The translations under genes were made by a program, and so were the position numbers. A stretch of 26,474 bases of DNA from a virus (lineage: Duplodnaviria; Caudoviricetes), in the IMG/VR virus record IMGVR_UViG_3300027963_000290, positions 1 to 26,474 of that record; one strand, 5' to 3'. How positions within the stretch are numbered: the first letter of the stretch is position 1; the number at the start of each line of letters is the position of its first letter. Below the pieces are notes generated by a model. It did not search any database, had not been told where the DNA came from, and saw only the letters and a list, made by a program, of their open reading frames with translations. Below, one piece after another: positions 1 to 8,305 of the stretch.

Positions 1-91
1 GGTTCCAAGGTGCGATTTTTCTGTACGAGTTTCCTCTAAAACCTTTATAGAAACCTACTTAAAACAAATCTTGCGTAACTTTTTAGACACA

Positions 92-556
92 ATGAAATAT
101 CCATCTTTAGTAACAAAGAAAATCAGCGAGCTTTCACCAGCAAAATACAATCCTAGAACCATCACTTCGGATGCGTTGGGTAGGCTCACAAAATCTTTAA
201 GCGAACTTGGAAATCTTCAACCGATAACTTGGAACGCCAAGACCGGAAACATAGTTGGAGGCCATCAAAGGCTAAAGTGCTATTTGGCACTTGGGAAAGA
301 CGAGATCGATGTGTGGGCAGTTTGGTTAGATGAAACGCAAGAGAAGGCGGCCAACCTTGCCCTCAACAAATTGAGTGGTGAATTTGATATGCCCCAACTC
401 AAAGACATCCTAGAAGAACTAGATGCAGGGGAGATCGACATAGACATTACCGGGTTCAGCTTGGATGAGATTGGGAAGATGATGGAAGCGACTAGCCCAG
501 AGGATGAGAAGGGTGAGGATGGTGAGAAATGCTTGGCGTGTGGGAAGCCTCTGTGA
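92..556 (+). CDS. ParB/Srx-like N-terminal domain protein with C-terminal CxxC
   Basis: Motifs ISELSPAKYNPR and QPITWN...IVGGHQRL are typical of ParB-N domains in phage proteins; acidic tail ending KCLACGKPL. ATG at 92 preferred over the TTG at 71. Confidence 0.8.
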   Translation: MKYPSLVTKKISELSPAKYNPRTITSDALGRLTKSLSELGNLQPITWNAKTGNIVGGHQRLKCYLALGKDEIDVWAVWLDETQEKAANLALNKLSGEFDMPQLKDILEELDAGEIDIDITGFSLDEIGKMMEATSPEDEKGEDGEKCLACGKPL

Positions 557-559
557 GAA

Positions 560-1159
560 ATGATACGACAAAAAGAGCTATGCGAGAAGTGGGGGCTAGT
601 GAAGAGCGAAATCTCAAAGCTAGTAAAAAGAGGTATGCCCCTTACAAGCGTAGCCGATGCAGAGCGTTGGAAAATAGCCAATCAAAAGAAGCCAAGCAGG
701 GCGAGGCCGATCTTGTCAGCATCAACGAGCTTATCAGAGACATCAGAAAACTCGGATGCCGAGTCGATCAAATTGGAAAATCCGCTTGGACGATTACACC
801 GAGCGAGGAGAGCCGAGGTAGTTGCCTACTCATTAGTTCAGAGAGCAACCAACGAAAGAAACCCAGTCGCTATGAGGGCGGCAGTTCAAGGATGGGGCGA
901 AGCAAAAAAGCGAGTCGCAGAAGCAGAAATGGAACACGCTCGATGGGAAGAGGTGAACAGAGTTACGATTCGAATGGACGAGGTGCGAGAAGTGTTCGGC
1001 AAATGGCTAGGAGCAATTAGAAACCTAATGGACGCTATGCCTTCGAGCTTGGCGGCCAGAGCAAACCCCAGCGACCCAGAGTGTGCAAAGAGAGCTATCC
1101 AAGAGGGCATCGATCAAATCTTTGTCACAATCCAGAAAGCAGAAGGAGCATTCAAATGA
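560..1159 (+). CDS. Terminase small subunit (lambda Nu1-like)
   Basis: N-terminal HTH-like segment IRQKELCEKWGLVKSEISKLVKRGMP, helical C-terminal half with a MPSSLAARA motif; lies upstream of a GpA-type large terminase. Confidence 0.75.
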   Translation: MIRQKELCEKWGLVKSEISKLVKRGMPLTSVADAERWKIANQKKPSRARPILSASTSLSETSENSDAESIKLENPLGRLHRARRAEVVAYSLVQRATNERNPVAMRAAVQGWGEAKKRVAEAEMEHARWEEVNRVTIRMDEVREVFGKWLGAIRNLMDAMPSSLAARANPSDPECAKRAIQEGIDQIFVTIQKAEGAFK

Positions 1160-1230
1160 ACGAGTGCTTCATTGTTTTGCTAGTAGCAATCGCAATCCTT
1201 GGTATAGTGCTTCCATTCCTTGATCGATGA
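1156..1230 (+). CDS. 24-aa single-pass membrane peptide (not in ORF track)
   Basis: Translates MNECFIVLLVAIAILGIVLPFLDR; ATGA overlaps with both the upstream stop (1157-1159) and the downstream start (1227), exactly filling the gap. Confidence 0.65.
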   Translation: MNECFIVLLVAIAILGIVLPFLDR

Positions 1231-1532
1231 AACGCTCTCCACTTAAACGCAAAACCCCTCTAAAACGAGGGGGCAAACTACGCCGAGTATCTGCAAAGAG
1301 AAAAGGCCAGAACGAAGTCTATAAAGATGTGCGAGAGAAGTTTCTAACCAACAATCCAGTCTGCCAAGTGTGCCGATGCAAGATGGCAAGCCAAGTTCAC
1401 CATAGGCGAGGAAGGTTCGGGGATAGGCTAAATGAGGTTGAGTTTTTCTTGGCGGTGTGCTTTGAGTGCCATCATCAAATCCATATGAACCCAGCTTGGG
1501 CATACGCAAAAGATTATCTGGTTAAGAGATGA
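1227..1532 (+). CDS. HNH endonuclease, terminase-associated
   Basis: CQVC...VHHRRGR...LAVCFECHHQIH zinc/HNH-type pattern; basic N-terminus MKRSPLKRKTPLKR; located in the packaging module. Confidence 0.8.
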   Translation: MKRSPLKRKTPLKRGGKLRRVSAKRKGQNEVYKDVREKFLTNNPVCQVCRCKMASQVHHRRGRFGDRLNEVEFFLAVCFECHHQIHMNPAWAYAKDYLVKR

Positions 1533-2392
1533 ACCCATTAGTCGAACCAGACATAAAGACGGAATACAACATCATTTCTCTTGGTGCTGGGGTTCAGTCT
1601 AGTTGCCTAGCCTTGATGTGTGCGAAGGGGGAAATCTCCCCTATGCCAGACTTTGCTATTTTCTCTGATACGCAAGACGAACCAGAAAGCGTCTATAAAT
1701 GGCTAGAGCAGTTAAAGGCATTGTTGCCATACCCGGTTTATATAGTAACGGCTGGGAGTCTTTCAAAAGAATCATTAAAAATGAGGGTGACAAAAGATGG
1801 CCGCAAGTTCAGCAGAACGAACATTCCATTCTTTACCAAAAGTGCCAAGGGCAAGCTGGGTAAAATCGTGTTTAGGTCTTGCACGGCAGACTTCAAAATC
1901 AAGCCGATTATGAAAGAGGCTAGGGCTAGGTGCAAAATTAAGAGGGGGCAAAAACATATTTCAGTAACTCAATACATCGGCATTTCTTGGGACGAGTGGC
2001 ATCGATGCAAGCCCTCTAGGGACGCTTGGGCACAAAGCCGTTGGCCTTTGATTGAAAAGCGAATGACTAGGCAAAGTTGCTTGGAATGGATGGAAAGGAA
2101 CGGATACCCCAAACCACCAAGATCATCGTGTGTTTATTGCCCCTTTCATTCAAACAAGGAATGGAAGCGACTGAAACAAGAAGAACCAGAGGCATTTGAG
2201 CGAGCCGTGCAATTCGAAAAGGATATGCAACTTGCAAAAAAGAATAGTGAGAATTTTGACTCCACGCCATTTCTCCACAAGTCTTGCACTCCTATTGAGC
2301 AAGTAGATTTTAGGGACGATTTCGATAAGGGGCAGATGGATATTTTTGGTGGCGATCATCCTCATTGTGAAGAAGGGATGTGTGGGGTATGA
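1529..2392 (+). CDS. PAPS-reductase-like (adenine nucleotide alpha-hydrolase superfamily) protein
   Basis: PP-loop-like SLGAGVQS, FSDTQDE, RSCTADFKIKPI, YIGISWDE, WPLIE, SSCVYCPF and a terminal CEEGMC. Confidence 0.8.
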   Translation: MNPLVEPDIKTEYNIISLGAGVQSSCLALMCAKGEISPMPDFAIFSDTQDEPESVYKWLEQLKALLPYPVYIVTAGSLSKESLKMRVTKDGRKFSRTNIPFFTKSAKGKLGKIVFRSCTADFKIKPIMKEARARCKIKRGQKHISVTQYIGISWDEWHRCKPSRDAWAQSRWPLIEKRMTRQSCLEWMERNGYPKPPRSSCVYCPFHSNKEWKRLKQEEPEAFERAVQFEKDMQLAKKNSENFDSTPFLHKSCTPIEQVDFRDDFDKGQMDIFGGDHPHCEEGMCGV

Positions 2393-4179
2393 ACCAGATT
2401 GATGAGGCCAAGAACTTTGCTCGCCTTTTGTTTGAGCCAAGGGAACAACTCTCAATCCCAGAATGGGCAGAGAAAAACTTAACGCTTTCCGCAAGAGTAA
2501 CGAACATACCCGGAGCGTATTCAACAACGCTCACGCCCTATGTCCGTGAACCGCTAGAGGCTTTTGGCGATGATTCAATTCGTAGGGTGGTGCTGGTATG
2601 GGGGGCACAAACAAGCAAGACCACAACGATTCTAGCTGGCCTAGCGTACCGAATAGCGGAGCGACCTTGCCCCGCCTTGTGGGTGATGCCGAGCGAACAT
2701 TTAGCCAGATCATTCACGGAAACTAGGTGGTTGCCAATGATTGACGATTGCCCGGCCCTAGCCAAAGAAAAGCCAGACAACACCGACAAAATAAAAATCC
2801 TAGAACAACACTTCAAACGATGCTCGGTGTGGTGGGCTGGTACTAGCCCCTCTGCTCTTTCTAGTCGCTCGATTGCCTTGCTATGTATGGACGAGGTGGA
2901 CAAGTTCCCAGAGCAAGCGGGGTCGGGGCGAGAGGCGAACCCAGTTCAATTAGCAGAGGCACGAGTCAGCACCTACCCAAACCATCTTATAATAGCAACC
3001 AGCACCCCCACAACTGCCGACTCAATCATTTGGAGTGAGTGGCAGAAGGGCGATATGCGTTTCTACTTCGTTCCTTGTCCTCATTGTGGGCATAAGCAGA
3101 AGCTGGTTTGGGGGCAAGTGAAGTGGGACGAGTCGGCCAAGATCGAGGATGGGGTTTATGATTTTAAGCTAGTGAAATCTTCCGCCTATTATGAGTGTGA
3201 AGAATGCAAGGGAAAGATTACAGACGGACAGAAAACCAAGATGCTTCGAGAAGGCGAGTGGAGGGCAACCAATCTAAAGGGTGAACCAGCCAGACGCTCC
3301 TATCATCTCAACGGCCTATATGCCCCTTGGGTTAGCTTCGGGAGTTTGGCGGTCAAGTTTTTGCAAGATAAGCACAATGGAATCATTGGCCTACAAGACT
3401 TCGTGAACCGAGTCCTAGCCGAGCCTTGGATGGAACACGAATCAGAGAAGATGGAAATCGTGGCGGGTGACTACAAGATGGGTGAAGTTCGGATGGGCGA
3501 GAAACTCATTATGGCTTGCGACATCCAAGAGGCGGGGGGTTTCCACGCTTGGTGCGTTGTGAGGGCTTGGGATTTAGAGGGTAAGTCAAGGCTAGTGTGG
3601 GCGGGGCGGTTGGAAACTTGGGGAGACATCCAAGCCAAGGCAGAAGAGTTTGGCGTAGAACATAAATGCGTTTTCTGCGATTCGGGCGACCAAACTAGAG
3701 ATGTTTATTTGAATTGTTGTAAGAATGGTTGGATGGCCTTGGTCGGTTCAGACCGAGCCAGCTTCTCCGAAATTGTAGATGATCGAAAGCTCCAACGCCC
3801 CTACGCTAGAATCGCCAATGGCGACCCCTTCAGCGGTAAGGCGGTGCAATCCAAGGCAGGGTGGAAGTGGAAGTTCTGCCCAGTTTGGCGATGGTCGAAC
3901 CCATCCATCAAAGACATCCTATCCAACCTATTAAAAGAACCCGGCTACATAGCCTTGGATACCCCCGATGTTTGGCGAGTTCATATCGAAGCAGAGGTGA
4001 AGGTCAGAGTGAAAAACCCTATGACTGGAAGGGAAAGGCTTGTTTGGAAGCAGATAGGGAAGAATAATCATTTGTTGGATTGCGAGTGTATGGCAATCGT
4101 AGGTGCGGCCTTATATGGTCGATTGAAAGTCTCCCCCGCAAGTTTGACAGAAAGTGAGTTTGATAATGGCGAAGGGTGA
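2389..4179 (+). CDS. terL: Terminase large subunit, lambda GpA family
   Basis: Walker A-like WGAQTSKT, Walker B LLCMDEVD, STPT coupling motif, VPCPHCG...CEEC zinc site, nuclease-domain ACDIQ and NHLLDCE. ATG at 2389 overlaps the upstream TGA. Confidence 0.95.
   Translation: MNQIDEAKNFARLLFEPREQLSIPEWAEKNLTLSARVTNIPGAYSTTLTPYVREPLEAFGDDSIRRVVLVWGAQTSKTTTILAGLAYRIAERPCPALWVMPSEHLARSFTETRWLPMIDDCPALAKEKPDNTDKIKILEQHFKRCSVWWAGTSPSALSSRSIALLCMDEVDKFPEQAGSGREANPVQLAEARVSTYPNHLIIATSTPTTADSIIWSEWQKGDMRFYFVPCPHCGHKQKLVWGQVKWDESAKIEDGVYDFKLVKSSAYYECEECKGKITDGQKTKMLREGEWRATNLKGEPARRSYHLNGLYAPWVSFGSLAVKFLQDKHNGIIGLQDFVNRVLAEPWMEHESEKMEIVAGDYKMGEVRMGEKLIMACDIQEAGGFHAWCVVRAWDLEGKSRLVWAGRLETWGDIQAKAEEFGVEHKCVFCDSGDQTRDVYLNCCKNGWMALVGSDRASFSEIVDDRKLQRPYARIANGDPFSGKAVQSKAGWKWKFCPVWRWSNPSIKDILSNLLKEPGYIALDTPDVWRVHIEAEVKVRVKNPMTGRERLVWKQIGKNNHLLDCECMAIVGAALYGRLKVSPASLTESEFDNGEG
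4144..4149 (+). promoter_or_regulatory. TTGACA motif 16 nt upstream of ATG 4166
   Basis: One of eight + strand copies, all gene-proximal. Confidence 0.6.
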
Positions 4180-4399
4180 TTTCATTGGGCTACCCCTTGC
4201 CACCTTAACCTCCTTGCGTGATAAGTATGTTACTTGTCTTGAGGCGATTGCGGTGGCGGGTTCAAGCTATTCGATAGCTGGTCGTTCGTTTTCAAGAGCG
4301 AATCTCGGTGAGGTAAGAGATACGATTGCGGAATTGACCCTAGCCATTCAGTCTGCTAATGGTACTCGTATCCGCACAACTTACACAAAGTTCTCGTGA
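4166..4399 (+). CDS. Head completion/adaptor protein, gpW-like
   Basis: Small protein between TerL and portal with SYSIAGRSFSRANLGEV, the helix-hairpin-helix pattern of lambda gpW-like proteins. ATG 4166 preferred over GTG 4154. Confidence 0.7.
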   Translation: MAKGDFIGLPLATLTSLRDKYVTCLEAIAVAGSSYSIAGRSFSRANLGEVRDTIAELTLAIQSANGTRIRTTYTKFS

Positions 4400-6795
4400 A
4401 AAAAGCTCAACTAAATTTAATCGATAAAGCCGTTGCTTTTCTGAACCCGCAAGGGGCAGTTAATCGGATGATTGCACGACAAAAGCTCGTCAACTTCTCT
4501 TACGATGCAGTTAAATATACAAGGGAGCGAAAAGGGCCGAGTGCCCTTTCTGGTGCGGAAGATTATCACTCTAATTATGACCGAGTAGAATTGATGAAGA
4601 GGGCGAGGGACTTGGCAGAGAATGTTGGCCTTGTTCGCTCAATCCTAATGAAGTTCGCCAGCCATACCGCCGCAAACATTTCCTACCAAGCCAGAACCGA
4701 GAACCCCGAAGTCAATACCGAGGTCGAGGCATATTGGGCAGAGTGGTGGGACAAGTGCGATCTAACCACAAGGCATACTGGCTCAACGCTTATGCAAGTG
4801 GCGATGATGTCGATGCTACGAGACGGCGATTTTTTGATAGTCCTCGTGAGAGACAAGGATGGCAATCTAAAGATTCAAGGCATTGAGGCAGATAGGTTGG
4901 GAGACCCATTCAAGGTTTATACGAGCCTAGATTTGATTGGTGGAATCCATATTGATCGAGATACTGGTGCTCCAAGTGCCTACGATATTTATAATCGAAG
5001 CATCGGGGATTTCTATACTTACCAGACAACCATCCCCTCAAGCCAAGCGTTTCACTTGTTCGACCCGCTCCGCATTGACCAGTACCGAGGAATCTCCGCT
5101 TTCCATACCGCAATCAATGATGCACAAGACATATACGATATAATTAATTTCGAGAAGATGGCCGCAAAGAACGCAAGCTCACAAGCTGGCATCGTGAAGA
5201 GGAATAACAACAATGCCTCCGATCTCTCCTCGCTGACAAACGATGAAGACCTCAATGGCAACACGATTAAGCTAGAGGCGATTGAGTCTGGAAAAATCTC
5301 TTACCTAGAACCCGGTGAGGACATCGTGTTCCCAGATGGGCCGAGCCGTCCATCTGGTGCTTTTGCCGAGTTCCATAAGATTCTGTTGAGGAACATTTGC
5401 CTTGGGCTTGGCATTCCTTACAGCTTCGCCGTAGACCCTTCCGCTATGTCTGGCCCGACTGCCCGACTAGAAATGCAACAAGCAGGGCGAACCTTCCGAA
5501 GATACCAGAAGCTACTAGATGATAAAGTGCTTCGCCCGATTAAGAACATCGTGATTGCAGACGCAGTTGCAAGGGGATTGATTGAAGAAAATGTTGGGAC
5601 AAGGACAACTAGGGGCATATTCAATTTTGGGGCGAATGTCTCCATAGACTTATCTAGAGATAGCCAGTCTGCGATCTCGGAATTTAAGAGTGGCTTGCGG
5701 ACAGCGGCAGATATTTATAGTGAGCGAGGCCAAGACTTTGAAAGTGCTATGAGACAGAGGGCTATTGAGGCCAAGCTAGTGAAGGACTTGGCAGAGAAGT
5801 ATGGAGTAGCACCAGAGACGATTTCCGATATTGTTACGCCTACGCCTCCTCCACCGCAACTACCTCCCGCCCCTGCACCCAAACCAGTTGCATCCACAAA
5901 GGACGAACCAGAGGAGGGCGACGATGAGGGTGGCGATCAGAAGCCAATTCCATTAGACCCGATTGACCCATCCTCCGAGGAGTTAGAGGTTAAAAAAAAA
6001 GATACTGAAGAGGCGTTAGCCAAGCTCGACCCGGCATCCATAAAGATGCTAATCGCTGGAATGATGGGCGGGATTGAGTTGGGTAGATACGATGGGATTG
6101 ATTTTACACCACCACAAGGAGCTAGGGAGGCCGCTAAACGAGCCTTGGATGTAAGAGAGACAAAACCAGCCAGCCAACGAGGAATGACCCCGGTAGGCAT
6201 CGCTAGGGCGAGGGATTTACAAAATGGGGTTAAGATGTCGCCCGACACGGTTCGTAGAATGAAAGCCTTTTTCGATAGGCACGAAGTGGACAAGAAAGGT
6301 GCAAGTTGGGACGAGCAGGGAAAAGGATGGCAAGCGTGGAATGGATGGGGTGGCGATGCTGGTTATGCTTGGGCAAGGAAAGTAGTTAAGCAGATGGAGG
6401 CTAGGGACAACAAAGAATTAGCAGAACCAGAGGCTTGCCCAATAGCAACTCAAGATATTAGGGTAAACCTAAAGAACCGACAGACAGCGGTGAATGTCGC
6501 AAACTACGGCCCAAGCAATCCCGGTCAGCCTAACGACCTATATTGGAAAGCCAAAGCAGACGAGTTCCAAGGGGATGTGGCTACAGCCAAAACAATGCGA
6601 TGCGGAAATTGTGCGGCCTTTAGCCAAACAAGCAAAATTCTTGGATGTATCAAAAAAGGAATTGGAAGAGATGCGAACGAGGTTGCTCAAGCTGGCGACC
6701 TTGGATATTGCGAGATTTTTGATTTTAAGTGTGCCGCCAAAAGAACTTGCGATGCGTGGATTTCTGGCGGGCCAATTAAAGATAAAGCCAAGTAA
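4396..6795 (+). CDS. Portal protein (lambda gpB family) with ~310-aa C-terminal extension
   Basis: RARDLAEN, LRDGD, IEADRL, HLFDPLRIDQYRGIS and LGLGIPY motifs of lambda-type portals in the first ~480 aa, then a Pro/acidic linker and two extra domains. GTG start overlaps the upstream TGA. Confidence 0.92.
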   Translation: MKKAQLNLIDKAVAFLNPQGAVNRMIARQKLVNFSYDAVKYTRERKGPSALSGAEDYHSNYDRVELMKRARDLAENVGLVRSILMKFASHTAANISYQARTENPEVNTEVEAYWAEWWDKCDLTTRHTGSTLMQVAMMSMLRDGDFLIVLVRDKDGNLKIQGIEADRLGDPFKVYTSLDLIGGIHIDRDTGAPSAYDIYNRSIGDFYTYQTTIPSSQAFHLFDPLRIDQYRGISAFHTAINDAQDIYDIINFEKMAAKNASSQAGIVKRNNNNASDLSSLTNDEDLNGNTIKLEAIESGKISYLEPGEDIVFPDGPSRPSGAFAEFHKILLRNICLGLGIPYSFAVDPSAMSGPTARLEMQQAGRTFRRYQKLLDDKVLRPIKNIVIADAVARGLIEENVGTRTTRGIFNFGANVSIDLSRDSQSAISEFKSGLRTAADIYSERGQDFESAMRQRAIEAKLVKDLAEKYGVAPETISDIVTPTPPPPQLPPAPAPKPVASTKDEPEEGDDEGGDQKPIPLDPIDPSSEELEVKKKDTEEALAKLDPASIKMLIAGMMGGIELGRYDGIDFTPPQGAREAAKRALDVRETKPASQRGMTPVGIARARDLQNGVKMSPDTVRRMKAFFDRHEVDKKGASWDEQGKGWQAWNGWGGDAGYAWARKVVKQMEARDNKELAEPEACPIATQDIRVNLKNRQTAVNVANYGPSNPGQPNDLYWKAKADEFQGDVATAKTMRCGNCAAFSQTSKILGCIKKGIGRDANEVAQAGDLGYCEIFDFKCAAKRTCDAWISGGPIKDKAK

Positions 6796-6801
6796 TTGAC
6801 A
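6796..6801 (+). promoter_or_regulatory. TTGACA motif 15 nt upstream of ATG 6817
   Basis: Immediately follows the portal TAA. Confidence 0.65.
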
Positions 6802-6816
6802 AAAGGGATTAACCTT

Positions 6817-7899
6817 ATGCCCCTACCCCTACCTTCCGCAGACGAATCCGAACAAGACTTTGTATCCCGCTTTATGGGAGACGAAGAGGCAGTATCCAAG
6901 TTTCCAGATGAAACACAAAGGGCGGCAGTTGCCTATTCGACCTATCGGGACGAGGAGATGGAAGAAATGGAGCTAGGTGGGGTGAGTATTTTGGAGGTGG
7001 GAGAGGCTAAAGGACACGACCTTTTCGTTGATAAGACCAGCCTAGAAACCGCCCTCAAACTTATGAGCAACGCCAAGAATGGCGTGAAGGTTAAGATGAA
7101 CCACGGAAGCGGATTGGACGCAGTTGTCGGCTTTGCCCGCAACCCCCGCATCGATGGAGATAAGCTGGTTGCCGACCTCCGTTTGCTCCGCAACTCCCCC
7201 CACTACGGATTGATTAAAGAGATGGCATCCGAAGCCCCCGACCAGTTTGGGGTTTCATTGGCTTTTGTGAATGAATCCGAGACGATTGACGGCAAGGATT
7301 ACATTCGACCCCAGAGCATCGCCTCTGCTGATTTAGTTTCCAGCCCAGCCGCCACGAATGGATTATTCGAGGAGATGGTGAAGTTTATGGAAAAACTCGG
7401 TTATGTGCAGGGAGGCAAGACCATCCCAGCCGTAGCCAAAGAAGCCGTGGAGGAAGCTCCACTTGACAAAAAGGACAAAACAAATATGGAAAACAATTAT
7501 ATGAAAGATATTGAGGACATCAAAGTCCGACTAGGGGCTATCGAGGCCGCTATGAAACCCAAAGAGGAAATGAAGAAAGAGGAGATGGCCGAGGACAAGA
7601 AGCCCTCCGAGACTCCTACTCCCGAAATCTCTGTTGAGGTTGAACCCTCCGAAGATAAAAAGGAAGAGATGAGCGAAGTCGTGAAGAAAGTTCTCACCGA
7701 GTTCGGCATTAAGCCCATCCCCGCCTCCCCTTCAATCGAAGTTCCTTCCGAGAAAAAGGAAGAACCCAAAACTTTTGAAGCTCTCGTGGCCGCCCATAGC
7801 GACTACGGAACAAGCAAGCTCAAGGCGATGAAAGCCGTGATGCTGTCCAACCCCAAAGAATACAGCGAGGCATTGTCTCGCGGTATCACTAAACTCTAA
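6817..7899 (+). CDS. Prohead protease fused to scaffold protein
   Basis: Between portal and capsid genes; KMNH, FGVSLAF and ADLVSSPAA resemble the His/Ser motifs of phage prohead proteases; Glu/Lys-rich C-terminal third is scaffold-like. ATG 6817 preferred over TTG 6796. Confidence 0.8.
   Translation: MPLPLPSADESEQDFVSRFMGDEEAVSKFPDETQRAAVAYSTYRDEEMEEMELGGVSILEVGEAKGHDLFVDKTSLETALKLMSNAKNGVKVKMNHGSGLDAVVGFARNPRIDGDKLVADLRLLRNSPHYGLIKEMASEAPDQFGVSLAFVNESETIDGKDYIRPQSIASADLVSSPAATNGLFEEMVKFMEKLGYVQGGKTIPAVAKEAVEEAPLDKKDKTNMENNYMKDIEDIKVRLGAIEAAMKPKEEMKKEEMAEDKKPSETPTPEISVEVEPSEDKKEEMSEVVKKVLTEFGIKPIPASPSIEVPSEKKEEPKTFEALVAAHSDYGTSKLKAMKAVMLSNPKEYSEALSRGITKL
7463..7468 (+). promoter_or_regulatory. 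TTGACA motif 17 nt upstream of internal in-frame ATG 7486
   Basis: Followed by AAAGGA (SD-like) and an A-rich spacer inside the protease gene. Confidence 0.6.
7486..7899 (+). CDS. Scaffold protein from an internal in-frame start (137 aa, MENNYMKDIEDIK...)
   Basis: In frame with the protease gene, preceded by TTGACA and AAGGA; charged coiled-coil character; same arrangement as lambda C/Nu3. Confidence 0.6.
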   Translation: MENNYMKDIEDIKVRLGAIEAAMKPKEEMKKEEMAEDKKPSETPTPEISVEVEPSEDKKEEMSEVVKKVLTEFGIKPIPASPSIEVPSEKKEEPKTFEALVAAHSDYGTSKLKAMKAVMLSNPKEYSEALSRGITKL

Positions 7900-7917
7900 T
7901 AAAAGGATAATACTAAA

Positions 7918-8277
7918 ATGGCTACAAACATTGATGGTGGTGCAGTTCGCACCTTTAACTTCGCCTCTGCGATTTCGGCTTACCGATTCGTTGAGATTCA
8001 CACGGACGGCACGGCTCGTGCGGCTGTTTCTGGCTCTGCTCGTTGCATTGGTTCTACCATTGCTGATTGTGCGGCCGGTGACAACCAAGCAGTCAAACTG
8101 TTTTACCCAACCTTCTTTGCAACTTCCGAGTACGGAATCACCGCTGGCAACCTCGTTGCTACGACTGGTTCTGGCCTTGTGACCACAGCGGCGGCCAATG
8201 TCGGCGTTGTTGGAGTTGCTCTCGAAACTGCTCTTGCTGATGCAGTCATCGAGGTTGCAGTTCCTTTAACCCAGTAA
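7918..8277 (+). CDS. Capsid decoration/cement protein
   Basis: 119-aa Ala/Gly/Thr-rich beta protein directly before the capsid gene; GITAGNLV...VGVALETALADAVIEV pattern; AAGGA upstream. Confidence 0.7.
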   Translation: MATNIDGGAVRTFNFASAISAYRFVEIHTDGTARAAVSGSARCIGSTIADCAAGDNQAVKLFYPTFFATSEYGITAGNLVATTGSGLVTTAAANVGVVGVALETALADAVIEVAVPLTQ

Positions 8278-8305
8278 TTTAACCAACCCAGAAAGAATAT
8301 AAAAA

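Noticed and set aside
1-91. Possible cos/packaging site or genome end upstream of the terminase module
   Set aside because: A GpA-type terminase makes it plausible, but I see no clear repeats or symmetry and have no read-end data.
529-1020. 163-aa alternative-frame + strand ORF overlapping the small terminase
   Set aside because: Arg/Ser-rich with no recognisable motif; fully overlaps a better-supported gene.
7561-7680. KEEM repeats in the scaffold region
   Set aside because: Short low-complexity coding repeats typical of scaffolds; not a DNA repeat element or CRISPR array.
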